From: Tubiluchus corallicola
Lineage: Eukaryota > Animalia > Priapulida
NCBI GenBank assembly: GCA_030141605.1
Contig: JAQGDQ010000165.1
Span: 186,001-250,000 of the forward strand
DNA: 64,000 nt
Reading direction: 5' to 3'
Part shown: one piece after another, positions 37,169-62,445 of the stretch
Layout: every line of letters starts with the position of its first letter
Numbering within the stretch: position 1 is the first letter of the stretch
Position numbers and translations under genes: made by a program
Notes under the pieces: generated by a model
The model's input: only the letters and a program-made list of their open reading frames with translations
Told to the model about the DNA's origin: nothing
The model's database searches: none

Positions 37169-38452
37169 ACTGAATAGTTTTACTTTCTACCCTCTCCGAG
37201 ATGAACCTGCCTGTATGTAAAAACACTCGCAATAATACATTAATTTGTACCCAAAAAAATGAATTCGTCAAAAGCTGCTATCTCTTATTTTACCATTAAC
37301 GTACTATCTCGCGATACGCACACTCCTTGGAAAACATTTCACCTGTTAGCTTTTCTGGATCCTGCATAATCCAATATAGGCGCACGGGAGAAAATTTCAC
37401 AAGGGGCATAAAGAACTTGCCCTGAAATGTTGCCTTAGTTTGAGGGCATTCACCTCTGGCACCCCATAGCAATTGTAATAGTATATAAACGCAAGAAGTC
37501 CGAATTATAAAAACATTTACTAAAAAAAGCATTAGTCTAACAAGACGCAAACCAAAAATTTCCATTTTCACTAAAAAACATGCAAATACTTTTGCAATAG
37601 CTTTTCTAACGTTTCAAAACTTCAAAAGAAATAATAGCGAGGGTCTATGTTTTTCTTCTGCAAACATTGGATGTAACTATGCCAACACACTGAAGAGCAT
37701 GAAAAGCAATTTATCGCTCGGCAAAAACTACAGCTTATTAAAGACCAACGTAGCAATTTGTGTTTATCGCAGTGCACTATATATTTTAATTATCAAAAGC
37801 TACTCAATTTGCTAATTTTGAGCAAAAATCCTAAGAAACACACATAACTTACCTCGTATTCAATCATTAACCAACGCCCTTCATGACGGTAGTGAGCAGT
37901 TCTGCAAGACTTGGCATGGATAATTTAAAAATAAGGTTAACCCGCAGAATTCATCAGCGCGTACAGTCCTTCATAATTATAAACACGTACAGTTTGTAAG
38001 CAACAACTTTGTCTAGGTAATGCTCGTTATGTGATTTGAAAACCTGTAAACTTCGGCAGCGCCGTAAGCTGCTTTCTCCGCAGCGTCTACAGTGGCTGCT
38101 TATAACACCAGAAAAAAGAGAAACGATTAGTTACTACTACTCCGCAAATACTCCCAGTTTTGGACATTTTGGAGGGCTTTAGCCTTTTAACAACAAAACA
38201 AGCCTCATAACATGTGTACTGGTCTAACACAAGCTTGAAGGCTACCATCACGTGGTTGACAAAATGGTCAAACTGCGAATGACAGACATAGAAAGGGGAA
38301 GTTTAAATGACCGAAATGTTTTCAAGAATTACGACATTAAAATACCATAGATAAAAATGTCAGTAGTTGACACAACGTTTTCGGTTTTTGCTAACTCCAT
38401 ATTCACGTGTAAGTGACACTGATATTATCAAATGACCATTGAAGGCTACCAA

Positions 38453-38998
38453 TTAAAGATAAGGCCAAGTCTTCTAAGACAAAGAGGCTAGGCTTATTTC
38501 AATGTTCGTGAAAAATGTTAGAAGAATTTAGTAATTAAATTTCAATAAGCGCCTCGCGTAATTGGTAAAGTCACTTTAAAGTCGCGATCACTTCACGCGT
38601 GGGTGTTCCCATTTTCAATGTCCATTCTTCTTTCAATGACGTCATTCGTCCTGAAGAAACATAGCACACTGTCAATTTTCACAAGTATAACAAGTTTTTA
38701 CAAAAAAATTAGATAGGTAATGTTGAACTATTTTTGCGTCAACATTAGGCAAGCTGCAGATGTTTGAATTAGTTTAAGCAGTGCGCTTAAGAAAAGTCAC
38801 GAAGTCTCCCATTTACGTTATAGTTTTCAAGTAAATGGCGGCTACCACCACACCTGAAAATTTCTATTCAGATGTAGTATATTTTACATTTTTGCTTTAT
38901 AGGCAGCTCTTTGGAAATTTCTTTGTTATATTTTTCTAAGTTTAAGTTACAACCGTAACATAAACCGAACATACTCAGTGTCTTGTTCATTCCTTTAA
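38453..38998 (-). mobile_element. TTAA-flanked MITE, copy C
   Basis: Same family, TTAA at both ends, abuts the end of duplication unit 2. Confidence 0.75.
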
Positions 38999-39152
38999 AA
39001 TCGTATGTATGACATGTGTTCGAAATAACAAGGTCGGAAAGATGTCGAATTCAACTGTTGAATTGACTTAATTGTAGTAAGAACATCTGCTGAAGTGATG
39101 GTAAACTTTTCCTCTTAGGAAATTTCTTTCTTTCTCCCTTTCTCCTTCTCCC

Positions 39153-39192
<40 letters not shown>

Positions 39193-39560
39193 GCACGCAC
39201 GCGCGCGCGCACAAAATTGGCTCAAAATTGCGTTTTTTTTACATTGCTTTTGCCCAAGGCCTACAGTGCTGTTAAGATCGCGTGCATTGCTTTGCCAGGG
39301 GCCTACAATGAGGTTAATAATGGTTCTGTCGGTGGCTTGGTGAACTTTGTACAATCAAGCAAGGGCAGCTATTAGGAAGATGAATCTACTCCTTATAAGA
39401 AGAAGTCCCTTATATGATATAAATCTGCACGTTAGTTCATTAAGCTCATCTAAGAAAGGCTTTCGTCCTTTTGTAAAGTCCCCTGCCCCATAAAGTCAAT
39501 TATTAGTGAAATTATACCCTCAAAGTTAAAAACATTAAATATGTGCTTGCATAGCAAGAT

Positions 39561-40156
39561 CGTCCATAAGTTGGCAATTAAGTTTTCCTAGTTATTCACA
39601 TATCCTGAATATCTGTTTTATAAGAATCATTTTGATACCAAGCTCGTCGCTTTATGTTATTTAATGGCTGAGATAATCCACGTTGAAGTTGAGGTGCAGG
39701 CTGCACACTGAAAAACATAACCTTGAGAAAACCGCTGTTAAAGTTAATCATTGTTTTTTGTCACGTTCTACAAAACACAAGTTTAGCAGCAGCACAAATG
39801 TTCCTTGCTACGGACATTGCAAAAACATTTTGAAGTTATGTTTAAATCCAGTAGATGACTCTTCCTGGCCAAAATTTGGGCTTGGCAACAGAAAAAAACG
39901 AAGCAAAATGACAGCTTCCAGGATCTACTGTCGGAGTTTAAAAAAGTTTTTTTTACAATTGCAGTACTAGTTTCTAGTACTTTTTGTACTTTTTGAACAT
40001 TTTCTTGATAATTTGATGCTGGAATATAAAAGTGGAATATATTTAGCATTGTTTTTTATAAAATACGAAAAACTGACTGTACTGAAAATCAAATTTTTGG
40101 GTCATTCTATTTTGTGAAGCATCATAACGTAGTTTTAACTATGCCGACTTATGGAC
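39561..40156. mobile_element. MITE with CGTCCATAAGTYGGCA TIRs
   Basis: CGTCCATAAGTTGGCA .. TGCCGACTTATGGACG. Confidence 0.6.
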
Positions 40157-43100
40157 GTATACCGTTAGCAAAGATCAAACTGATGCAAACCGTTTACTAA
40201 TAAGAGCAAAAGAAATCAGCAATGTAAACTGTAAGGATGAAGATGATGATGACAACGACGACAACGAGGATGACGATATCTTATAATCAGTACTCTCAGA
40301 CTCTGCCACCAAACATCGCCTTGAATAAGCCCTTCCATTGAATGCTGGATTGTGGTTTGCAGTTCGACGAAGTGCATGTAAAACGGTACTTAACACAGCA
40401 GTTTCCTCACAAAGTACAACAAAAATAAAAACACTCACAAGTGAAAGACAAAACCAAAAGCAATAAGAAGATAGAAATATGAATAAATGATCAGAAAAAC
40501 TAAATTCTTATCGCAAATTTGCTTTTACTATGATAGGTAGCATTTGCTAAGAGACTTCTTGAAGCAGAAAAAGTTGTGGTTAACAAGGAAGCAATTTTCT
40601 TGTACGGAATTCTGCAGAGAAGATGCCCAAAGAAAAAACTGGGTTTATTTGCAGCTGTTCTGCTTCTAGGAATGGCCAATCGTAAAACATTGAGAAGCAA
40701 CAGCAAAGTAGGTACCACGACTAAACTTCCGGCAATCAAAACCTTGAGAACGCAGACGTTGCAGTACAGTAACAGTAAAAAACAATAAAAGGCTTAGCGT
40801 AACAACTGATCTTCGATAAGCAAGGGACTGCAAGGTGGACACCAAACCAAACTCAACCAGCATGACAATATCACTTTGCAGTCTATCCCAGTGGAAAAAG
40901 GTATCAAGCTGTGACTGAAGTTCATAATTGACATCCGGAATAAAAACAACAAAAATGGTCAGCATAAGTCTATGCTATTTAACAAAAAGCCTAATAGATG
41001 GCAGCACACTGACAAAGTGGAGTTCATACCACTTCACTGCTCACATCTGCCGGTTTCAAAACCTCGTAATTGGCTGAAAAAAGAGACAAAATAGTTTATT
41101 GCTTTATCACACTTAAGTCAGAATTAGAAAATAAAACAAATTCACATTGAAAGTGAACATAGCATTTTTGAAGTAAACTATTTTGTTATTTAAACTTTAC
41201 CCTATTCAATAAAATATCATTAATTTGAAAAATCTTAAGAACTTTAATGAAACGCCAAACAAAACAAATCCCAAAATACAGAATTCACTATACTCATTAA
41301 AAAACATGAAGAATACTCAGGTAAACTTCACGTTTAGTAGTTACTCAAACTAACTTAGCCACTACATACTTACCTTCAAGTGTCTTTAATTTTACAGCAC
41401 AAAGTAAAAAGTCATCAAAGTTAATCTCATTCTTTAAATTGCCATATCTCAGAACAATTATCTTACAGATGTTCGAGCCAAGCCAATAACCTGGGAAAAT
41501 AAAAAGCAAATAGAAGAATCGATATATTAAAGGCTTAAATGCGATGAAAAATGTGAAAGCAGCAGCATGCAGTGGGATGCAATTTGAAAGTACGGAACAA
41601 ACGCAAGTTCATCATGAACAACATCAGAACAAATGTGTTTGTCACAGAATGCGATAAGTTATTATTAATGCGTTAAAGAAATCTAATTTATAAAATGTAC
41701 AGCTATTAAACGTATAACTGTCAGAATATGTCTCTCAATATGTACTGCGTTCCATTTAACAGAAGTTGTCCATTTTTTGCATCATTACAGCAAGTTCACT
41801 CGCTCAGGTGACAGTCCTACACGCAAAAAACTTGCCAGCGGAAGCAGGGGTGGTCTCAATTGAAACGTACTTAGTGTTCCTGAATAATCTTTATCATGAT
41901 CGTTAAAGATAGTCTGCAAAGTGAAAAAGAAAAATACAGTACTCTTTCTGATAAATGTATTTCTCCTATGTAATAACTTTTTCGGTGTTTCACACTTTTA
42001 CTTTTGTTTCCCAACTGAAAAGAGCGCAAGAAAAAGTGTCTTATTAATGCGATTTAAATTTATCTGTATTTTTGAAAATTTGTTTAATAAACAGCTAATT
42101 AATTCTATTACTTAATTTAGTAGTGGCTGATAATTTGACTTAAAAAAATCAAGATTTTCCTTTCGTTTTCAGTAATGGAGGTGAGCAATGAAATTTCAGA
42201 ATTTTAGGGGGTGTTGTCGCAGAAAAAGGTTAAGCTAACTTTGTGTGGTAGACATATTAGCACACTGATACTGACACCCCACTGAGAACTGGATCATTCC
42301 TGCTTACAGAGAGCCAAAATGTGTAAATATTCCTTCATAGACAAAAAACTATTGAGAAAGTTGAGCAGCATTAATGGAAAAGACAACTCACTTACAATGT
42401 TGAGCTTATTTTACTGTTATCAACTAAACTTAGAAAAATACAACAATGATGTTTGCAAAGAAACTAGCTACAAGGTGTCTATATCGCTATCCATAAAGTA
42501 TAAAGTTAATTGATTTCGCCGTACAGAAATTTTCGCGCACGGTGGTAGCCGCCATTCACTTGAAATTGTGACGACTGGTGAACTTCGTGACTTTTAGTAA
42601 GCGCAGTGTAGGTTTACGTAAGGGTGATTTTTCACATACTGCCCCATTTTCAAGTCCGATAAAAGTATACATTTTAACGTAATTAATACTGCAAAAGCGT
42701 TTCTGATAACTAAATAATAGATTAAAAGCTTGATTAACCGGGGGCGAGCCCAATAATTGATCACAAAGTAACATAATTTTCAACAACAAAAAATTTAAAT
42801 TTCAGATTTACTGCTTTGCTCATGCGGTGTCGAACGTGTGCATTTCGTCACAAACGAACGTCTTTGAACTGAAAGGTACAGCACCTGTTCTCTGTTCAAT
42901 GCATTTCCGAAATGCAGACGCTAGTGCCCGTCTAACTAGCAAATGGCGAAATGCATGTAACAGCGAAGAACTAGTGGCCCGAATGTGAAATTGTGTTTGT
43001 GTGGTAATAATTCTTTCACGTAAGTCATTTTTGAAAAAAACAGTATGTTTCCTTTCAATATTGTAAAGAGTAGATTGTCTTGACCTGCAGTTTAAGATTG

Positions 43101-43677
43101 AGTTCAAGATTGTTACTTGATGTAATAGCTTATAAGTAACAATATCGCACCTAGACATACTTATTTTTGAGCAGACTTTTTAAACTAGTAAAATTCTATT
43201 GTGTTTCAAGATCACCTTTCTAAGTTTTGATAGAACACATTTTTACACATCGTCCGCAATGTAAGCCTCACACCAGACATGAAATCCCCGCCCAAAACCA
43301 TGCACAAATTACAAATGGTTCTGCTTGGCCATGTCCCAGCATGGGTTCCCAATAAACACGAACAACTCGGTGAATTCAAAATAACTGGAGGTTCGCAGAG
43401 TTTGCACTTATCGGACGCTCAATGACATGTCAGTTCAAATCAGTTAATCGTACAAATCAGTTAATCGTAACGTCACTTCGCGCTTTCACAAATTTACTAT
43501 CCGCAACTTTTCCCGTAGTACTTCACGTGACGCAAGTGTTACTATATCTCTGATAAGCTTAATGAATTTATCTACTGATAGAATTGCGTGAACAAGTGGG
43601 AGGAAACGAGTAAAATTTGAACGCGTTCTACATCCGGTGTTTAACAATGATTTCAAACACTAAATGAGTCTTTAACC

Positions 43678-55311
<11,634 letters not shown>

Positions 55312-55729
55312 TGAACTCTCAACTGAAATCAACTAAAGACAGCCATATTGAATTTTGAAAATTTCGACGAATCAACATTTTTTAAATGCTGTTTTCTTTT
55401 AAAATAAACTAAAGTTTCTATTGCACACTTTGCATGTTCGATGTATTTTGAGTCATTCTCACATTTTTTCTTAGAACATAAAAATAAATCTAGATTTTAT
55501 CCCTCAGTCCGCATACCTATGAAATTCTGCGCAAATTCCATAACGTCTGTCCAGTACAACTCAAGTCACCTTCGTGTTGGGCAAACCCTGATTTCCGTCT
55601 CTTGCACCAATCTGTCATCTACTGAGTAGCTTGCCAAAAACAACCTTGTTCAGTTATTCGTTATCCGGAGAGACTTACTCTCCTCCTAATATAACAAAAT
55701 GGTATTAAAATAGGAGGTTTCTGCATCAA

Positions 55730-56135
55730 ATTATGTTTAAAATTAATTGCATCATTTCCTCTCACTAATGATTCCGGTAACAAGTTCCACATTATCACTT
55801 CAGCTTGTGAAAACCTATGAGATACCTTTCAGTATCGACCATATGCTTGAACAATTTAACACTATGCCAACGTGTAATGCTTCTACGAAATGTAAAAAAA
55901 CTAGTTTGCATTGATGTCAGTAAATCCCTTAAGAATCTTGAACACTTCAATAAGTTTCCCCCTACGTCTACTTGCAGAAAGTCGATACATGTCTAATTTT
56001 TGCAGTTTTTGAGAGTTGTGAGTCCTTCAAGACCTATGATCATGTCTACACCTTGTACTTGTACCTATTCGAGAGCACGGATGTCCTTGAGTAGCGATGG
56101 TCCCATACCGACTTAGCGAAAGCATTTGACAAAAA
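55730..56135 (-). mobile_element. CR1 LINE RT C-terminal fragment
   Basis: Minus strand PSLLKDIRALE*VQ, RRRGKLIEVFKILKG, TRWHSVKLFK, MWNLLPESLV. Confidence 0.7.
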
Positions 56136-57443
56136 TTATAAAGTACGAAGTTATGTCCATATCAACCTCAAGGTCAACCTACTTTCAATCTTTAACAGTA
56201 ACATACCTATACGCAGAGGTAACGTCATGGTTAAGCAATACCCAATGTCAACTATTACAATCGGTGAACTAAAAAGGATGAAGCGACCAAGGGATTTGGA
56301 GAACAAAGAAACAGACGAGGTGCATTTGTGCGAGGTTTAGTGTTTCAGCGTGTGTATGTCGAGAATTTTTTTAGTTTGTTTGCATTTGTTTACTTTTGAA
56401 ATGTGGAATGTTAATATAATCAGACCGAACGGTTTTTGTTAACTTCTTGTAAAGCATATAATTAGAAATTACTAGTTGTTGATCTTCATTGTAGTTCCTA
56501 GCCAGAGATAAAATAAACGCAAAGACCAATTGATTAAAACATCGTGATGCAAATACTTATTTAAAATAATATTACAAGGCTAGGCATGCATGTTGAATGA
56601 CAATAATAATACAAAATACGATAATAACTGTTAGCATCTATTTAATCTGTGCATTGTTACGTACTATATAAGTACTTTAGAGGACATTATAAAGATAACC
56701 TCTATGTAATATAAGTGGGAAAAAACCTGTACCTGTTACTTTACGAACCAGACAGGTTTTTCCCAAGGAACTATTCCTGCCTGCATTTTCATAACTTCAT
56801 ATGCATTAAGCGATTAGTTAATGAGCTGGAGACAAAATCGCTTGGCTTAAAAGTTATGCAATCAAGCTACAGAAGACTATGTTCTTACTACGTACAGAAC
56901 ACTCATAATTAGTCTTACAGTAGAATAAATCTAGTTTTAATTTTATATATACACAATAATTGTCCATCGGAAATACGTTTCCGACAGTGTAGAAGTTTTA
57001 TTAAATTTTCGCAGCTCAGTTATTTGTGCCTCTCTTCTCAAACGGTTTTTACTGAGTCGATATTAACTGTAAGAAAAAAATCTGCTGATTCTTCTCTCTA
57101 GATATTTTTATACTTCGTTGTGCATCAGTTTTAAAACATTTCCACGCGTCTTCCAAGTTAAAACGTGACATTCTTCCATTGCCTCTATGGAACACTTTTG
57201 AAGCAACCTGTACGAACGTTACTACAATGCTAAACATCACAATACCAAACGCTCACTGTATCGTAGATACGATGCGACGTATACGTAACAACGACAAAAG
57301 AAGTGGGCAAATCCGTTCCAAATTTTTGCATAGCAACAAGATTACTTGTTCCATATGGATATTCTGGGAATGTGTCAACGTTAATAAAGACAAAACTCAT
57401 TTGTAAAATTTAGTTCATTAATACAAACCAGGGGAGAGTTATC

Positions 57444-58961
57444 ATGGACATTATTACTGGAAGCTTGACGAACCTTTGGAAATGGGTAACCGCGTATCCA
57501 TCTGCGAATTCTTCAAAAGCCACGACTGGATCAACTGAACCACTTCAGAAAGAACAAGCAAGAGAACCATGCAAACTGCCAACGACAAAAATTATTAATG
57601 AAAAACAAACTCCACAACAAACCTCTGCTCATAGCCAAGGGGCTTACAGCCCAATTGATTCCGAGGAAGAAATAATTACGTCTACGACTAAAGCCACTGC
57701 CGCTGAAAGACCTACCAAACCCTCAACGCCAGCGGACAATAATACAACATCAACCCCTAAGCTAAGAAATGAAATGCAAAAACTGCAACAGACCACGGCG
57801 ACATGGAGTCCGATCCCTTTCACGTCTGAATCAAGAACAGGCACCACCGAAGGAACACCCAAGCCAAATATGACAGAAGGACTGGTGTTGACACCTAAAA
57901 CGATTCACGAACTACAACAACTTCAATATACGGCTCCGTGGAGTCCGTGTCTCCCTGTTTTCGAAATAAAATCAACTTCCCGAGAGGCAACAGAAAGACA
58001 CCACAGACCATCAACACCAGTAGCTCTATCGGCCAAAGCCAGAAGTAAGAAACACCTGCACAAAGATATTAGGACAAAACCAAGAACTAACCAGGGCAAC
58101 ATAATCCGAGACTACCAGCCATCTCGACCAGCAATTCCAACTAAACATAAAACAAAGAAGAGGCGCTCTTCCTCGCCACAATCACATGTAAACACTCTTA
58201 AGCCAAGTAAGGATGCACAAAAAATGCGCAAAATCTTGACACGTCCTCCAAAAGCAAAGCACTTCACAAACGGATTATCACCAATGGAACATATGATTCT
58301 AAGAAAGAGGCCCCTGAAGATGCCAGAACTAAAACCGCCCACAAAACGGGCTCTGACGCTTGCAAAAACAATGCGACGACCGGAAAAGGCCCAGTCTGAA
58401 ATCCTGGAGAGACGGTTTCTCTGGGAATCTGGAAAATGGACACCACAATCCCAAACCGCCAAGACAGAAGCGAACAAAATGAAAAGTTCGTCTACAACTG
58501 CACGTCGTTCCCAACTGCAAACAGTCTGTCGCGATCCTGTGCTGACAAGGAGCATGATACAGAGTGCCCCAAATGCATCAAGACAATTATTGCAGAGCCC
58601 ATATGGAACCACAAAGGGGGAACGTTCAAATAGCAAACATTTGAAAAAACGACTTGCAGCCGCAAGGCGCGAACTTGAGCACCACAAGAAGAAAACGGCA
58701 AACCAGAAACTAGAATATTCTCCACTCAATACAGCCAAGGAAAAACCAGAGGAAACGTTTTTAGCTGAAAAATCCAGCTCTGCTTATTTCCCAGTTGGAC
58801 ACGAGACTAAACACCTTTTGGCACCTGCTAGATACATGAGCTCAGCAATGCAAGACCTTGGCGGATTGGAAATCAGATCCAGAAACTACCTGGAGTCCAT
58901 CAAGCACAACTGCATACCAGAATCTGACATACCTCGCTTAAGATCAAGAAAGTTTAGATAA
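57444..58961 (+). CDS. Uncharacterised intronless 505-aa Ser/Thr/Pro/Lys/Arg-rich protein
   Basis: 1518-nt uninterrupted ORF, visibly more GC-rich than flanks, good start context (atcATGg), AATAAA about 20 nt after the stop. No recognisable domain. Confidence 0.7.
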   Translation: MDIITGSLTNLWKWVTAYPSANSSKATTGSTEPLQKEQAREPCKLPTTKIINEKQTPQQTSAHSQGAYSPIDSEEEIITSTTKATAAERPTKPSTPADNNTTSTPKLRNEMQKLQQTTATWSPIPFTSESRTGTTEGTPKPNMTEGLVLTPKTIHELQQLQYTAPWSPCLPVFEIKSTSREATERHHRPSTPVALSAKARSKKHLHKDIRTKPRTNQGNIIRDYQPSRPAIPTKHKTKKRRSSSPQSHVNTLKPSKDAQKMRKILTRPPKAKHFTNGLSPMEHMILRKRPLKMPELKPPTKRALTLAKTMRRPEKAQSEILERRFLWESGKWTPQSQTAKTEANKMKSSSTTARRSQLQTVCRDPVLTRSMIQSAPNASRQLLQSPYGTTKGERSNSKHLKKRLAAARRELEHHKKKTANQKLEYSPLNTAKEKPEETFLAEKSSSAYFPVGHETKHLLAPARYMSSAMQDLGGLEIRSRNYLESIKHNCIPESDIPRLRSRKFR

Positions 58962-59159
58962 TTTTTTAATATTACAACAAATAAATCAAGTTACTAATGA
59001 GGATCAGTACCCTGTAAAGTTTTAAAACAGAACAAAAAAGTTGGCTACAATTCCCTTGTTTTAGTGTGTACAAGAGTAATGGTGTACAACCAGTTTTAGT
59101 CTATCTCTTTCTTCCTCACGTCAGTGGATGTAAAAATTTTATTCAATTTTAAATTATAC

Positions 59160-59163
<4 letters not shown>

Positions 59164-59221
<58 letters not shown>
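59164..59221. repeat. (CT)n microsatellite
   Basis: Direct reading. Confidence 0.95.
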
Positions 59222-59222
<1 letters not shown>

Positions 59223-61044
59223 GAGAGTTCTGGAGAATAGAAAATTATATCAGCCTGTGGATTAACTTATACAGTCAAACTGAAAATGCCAGGATTGAAA
59301 AAAATCAAAAACAATTTGTTGGATGATTTTTGGTAAACACTTTATTTCTTATGACGATGCTTCACATAAGCTCAACCTTGATTATACTGGAAAATCGTAA
59401 AAAAATTAGCTTGTAATTTTACTTCTAATATTATCCACTACCATAAACACTTGCTTCCTGCTTCACACCTTTAGTTAAAGTAATCCTATTACACAAAATT
59501 CTATGAAACTAGTCATGCCTAAAATTCGAAGAGAACGTTATAAACGTTCAGTAATGCCTGTTGTAAATAGAACCATTAATTGTACACTCCAGAGCACGTG
59601 AGGGTAATGCTGTTTGCTTTGTAGCCCAGCACTGTACACTTCACAGCTCAAGCAACGTAGTGTTTGCTGTTGTGCGCATGCGGCCACAGATAAGATGCTG
59701 AACTTTAGGTAGAGAAAGTACTGTTGCTCACGCACTGTGTTGTCAATTGTCATGTGCTTAAAAGCCGTGTACTGGCATATTCTTGGACTGCGACAATTTA
59801 GGCTATTTGTAAGCAAACAATATTAATTTTCTGTTTAGGATTTTATCAAGTTTATGTATAAATTTTCGTATGTTTGTTTGTTTAAAATTACATTATGTTT
59901 GTTACATTTTACACAATGTTAAAACAATGGCTAGAAATTTTCTAGAGCAGCACCAACAATAATTTTAGGTACGAGCTGTCACTGAACATAAATAGTAATG
60001 CCGAACTACTTTCTAAATTACAGTTAAATTTTTTGTCACAATTGATTTTAAAGTGCGTTGCAGACTTCGTGGTGCCTTTTCCCTCAAATTTTTTCTTGTA
60101 AGTAAATTTAGTAGAGTGCTCCACCCATTCCTCTCTGCAGCTAATCTAAAGTTCTCCTACTCCTAAAGATAGATTTGGTTGAAGTTGTTGAATATCTTTA
60201 TTTATCTTAGCTTCTTTTTGATTTTATGGGTGGCTGTTTTGTTGAAAACTATGTAAAATGTGTCACAAGCAACATGAGAGATCTTGTTACTCGAAATCTG
60301 TTAGCACGAATTATACGTAACTCGAACCAAATTCCGGTATCTGACTGAAATTACCTCGCCTATCTCGAACACCTCCCAATCGAGAAGTCCTACGCGAAAG
60401 TGTGCACCACGTTAAGATTTTAACTGTTAGTTTCAGCAAATAAGCTAAGATTTCTTGTATTACCTTAGCAGAACACTGCACACAACATGGTTTAAGGAAC
60501 GTGGCTTAATGTAGATCACAATATTATTATTGCCGAATTCTATTAACCATACTACTCATGGCAAACCAGTCATTTTATTTTTGATTATTCATAAAAATTG
60601 TTGTTTCATATTTAATTAAAGGCTCAGTTTGTCATTTTAACTGACTGTTGTGTTATTATTTTATTGTCCGATGTGGATGAGCTCAATCTTGTTTTCTTAT
60701 GAACATTGTATAACTCGTACTTTCGCATAAGTCGACCAAATTTTCCGGTCCCAAGGTGTTCGAGTTATACCTAATTTACTGTACTTTTATTGCAGATCTT
60801 TACTCTACAATCACTCCTGCTCCGTCTATCTGATGCGTAACGTATCAGTGCCTCCGCTGTCATAGTTCATTACTCGCTAGCATAAGATTAATGATAATCC
60901 TGTTACACAATGCGTAAAGGAAATACAACAAAGATTTTTCAAACACCAGATTCTCACACTTTTCTTTGACGGTAGAAACCACACTTAAGTCTTGACCGTT
61001 GCCACTGGTCAATAAGAAAACGAATACGCCTATAAAACAAACTA

Positions 61045-61638
61045 TCATTTCTTTGCCCGAGCTTCTTTTTGTTTCTCACTACGCTTTCTTTTCTCTCTCT
61101 TTGTCTTGCTTAGTGTAAAGCTCGCATCGCCTTTTTCCATGCCAGCACGTACTGGATTCTTTCTCCGCTTCTCTTCTGCTGCCACATCACCCTTCACCAA
61201 CTCCTTCCAGAAGTCGTTGAAAGAACCGGGTGTTTGGTATCCCGACTCTGTGTGGTCTAATGGATCTTTGGACAGTAACACATGCATGGCGGGTATCTGC
61301 TTTACCACCTTAAGTTTCTCCAAGCCCTCTGTCGTCGGTTCCCATTCTTCCTCCGATTTTACATAGTCGATTTTGTTTAACTGGTGAAGGTTCTTGAACC
61401 GTCTTTTCACAATTTCCACACAAGATATCACCTTGGCAACGCCGGCTCCGAAACCGGTGAACACAATCTGTCGAACTTCATCGGGCTTGAATACCTTCAC
61501 GGCGAAACCAATCAAATTACTGATCTTGCTGCCTGGTTTGACCCGCATGATGGTTGTACCATCTGCAACAACAAATGGCAGCATCGAAGGAGTACCAACC
61601 CTTTGCTCGGATTTGTTACCACGAGTGTAGTGTTCCAT
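61045..61638 (-). CDS. RPP25L: Ribonuclease P/MRP subunit p25-like (Alba domain), 197 aa
   Basis: MRVKPGSKISNLIGFA, IVFTGFGAGVAKVISCVEIVKRR..LHQ, LLSKDPLD..GYQ.PG match the RPP25 family. Single-exon CDS with probable 5'-UTR acceptor near 61668. Confidence 0.93.
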   Translation of the reverse strand: MEHYTRGNKSEQRVGTPSMLPFVVADGTTIMRVKPGSKISNLIGFAVKVFKPDEVRQIVFTGFGAGVAKVISCVEIVKRRFKNLHQLNKIDYVKSEEEWEPTTEGLEKLKVVKQIPAMHVLLSKDPLDHTESGYQTPGSFNDFWKELVKGDVAAEEKRRKNPVRAGMEKGDASFTLSKTKREKRKRSEKQKEARAKK

Positions 61639-61836
61639 TTTGGTGAAAGTACAACCGCTTGATCAGGCTGAAAAACAAAGACAGAATGTTTGGCCTCGGA
61701 GAAGCTTTCAAAGCTCAACTTTAGAGATGTGCACACATTACAATCTTGATCTAATTTTGTAATATTCACATATATTAGTCAAATTGTCAAACTCGCGTTA
61801 GTAGCACCACAGATGTCTTATTTATGATGTGCATGC

Positions 61837-62445
61837 CAGAGGCGTGGAAAAGGTGGGGGCGACAGGGGGCAAGGGTGAGTGATGACAAAATTCTTTTAGA
61901 GTTCAATGACTGTTAATTATTAATTACTAATTTGACATTACAAAACAATTACCAAAAGTTTTTAAACTACAACAAAATTATCTAGTCAGGGATCATCGAA
62001 GCTGACTTAGTTTCTACATACAGCCTAGAAAAAACTAATCTTGTTATTTAATGGCATGTGTAGGGTGTCGTGTGGCTTAGCTGATCAATAATTTTGGGAG
62101 AAACAGTGGCGTTTCTCTAAATGCCGATCGTATTATTGTGAATATGTGTAGCATTCTGTATTTTTTTATAATCTTTGCATGTTTTAATGCTGAAGGTGAA
62201 TGTTTAAAGGACTGTCGTGTTATGAGCAACTTATGCATAGAAAAGAGTTACCCTGGTGCAGTACTGCAAATCAAACTCAGGGTGATTCTTAGAAAAAAAT
62301 TGTTTATCTAATCATGTCGAAAAAGGAAAGTCAGGCTCAGGGGTGGAAAACCGTGTACCCACGAAACAAATGATCAAAACATTAATAGGGACGGACACCA
62401 GAAGCTTTTTGCCACCAGGCAGCACAAGCACTTACTCCGCCATTG
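61837..62445 (+). mobile_element. hAT-derived MITE
   Basis: CAGAGGCG..CGCCATTG ends, degenerate 8-bp TSD GTGCATGC/CTGCATTC. Confidence 0.55.

Noticed and set aside
58112-58738. 208-aa antisense ORF
   Set aside because: Shadow of the 505-aa ORF with no independent coding features.
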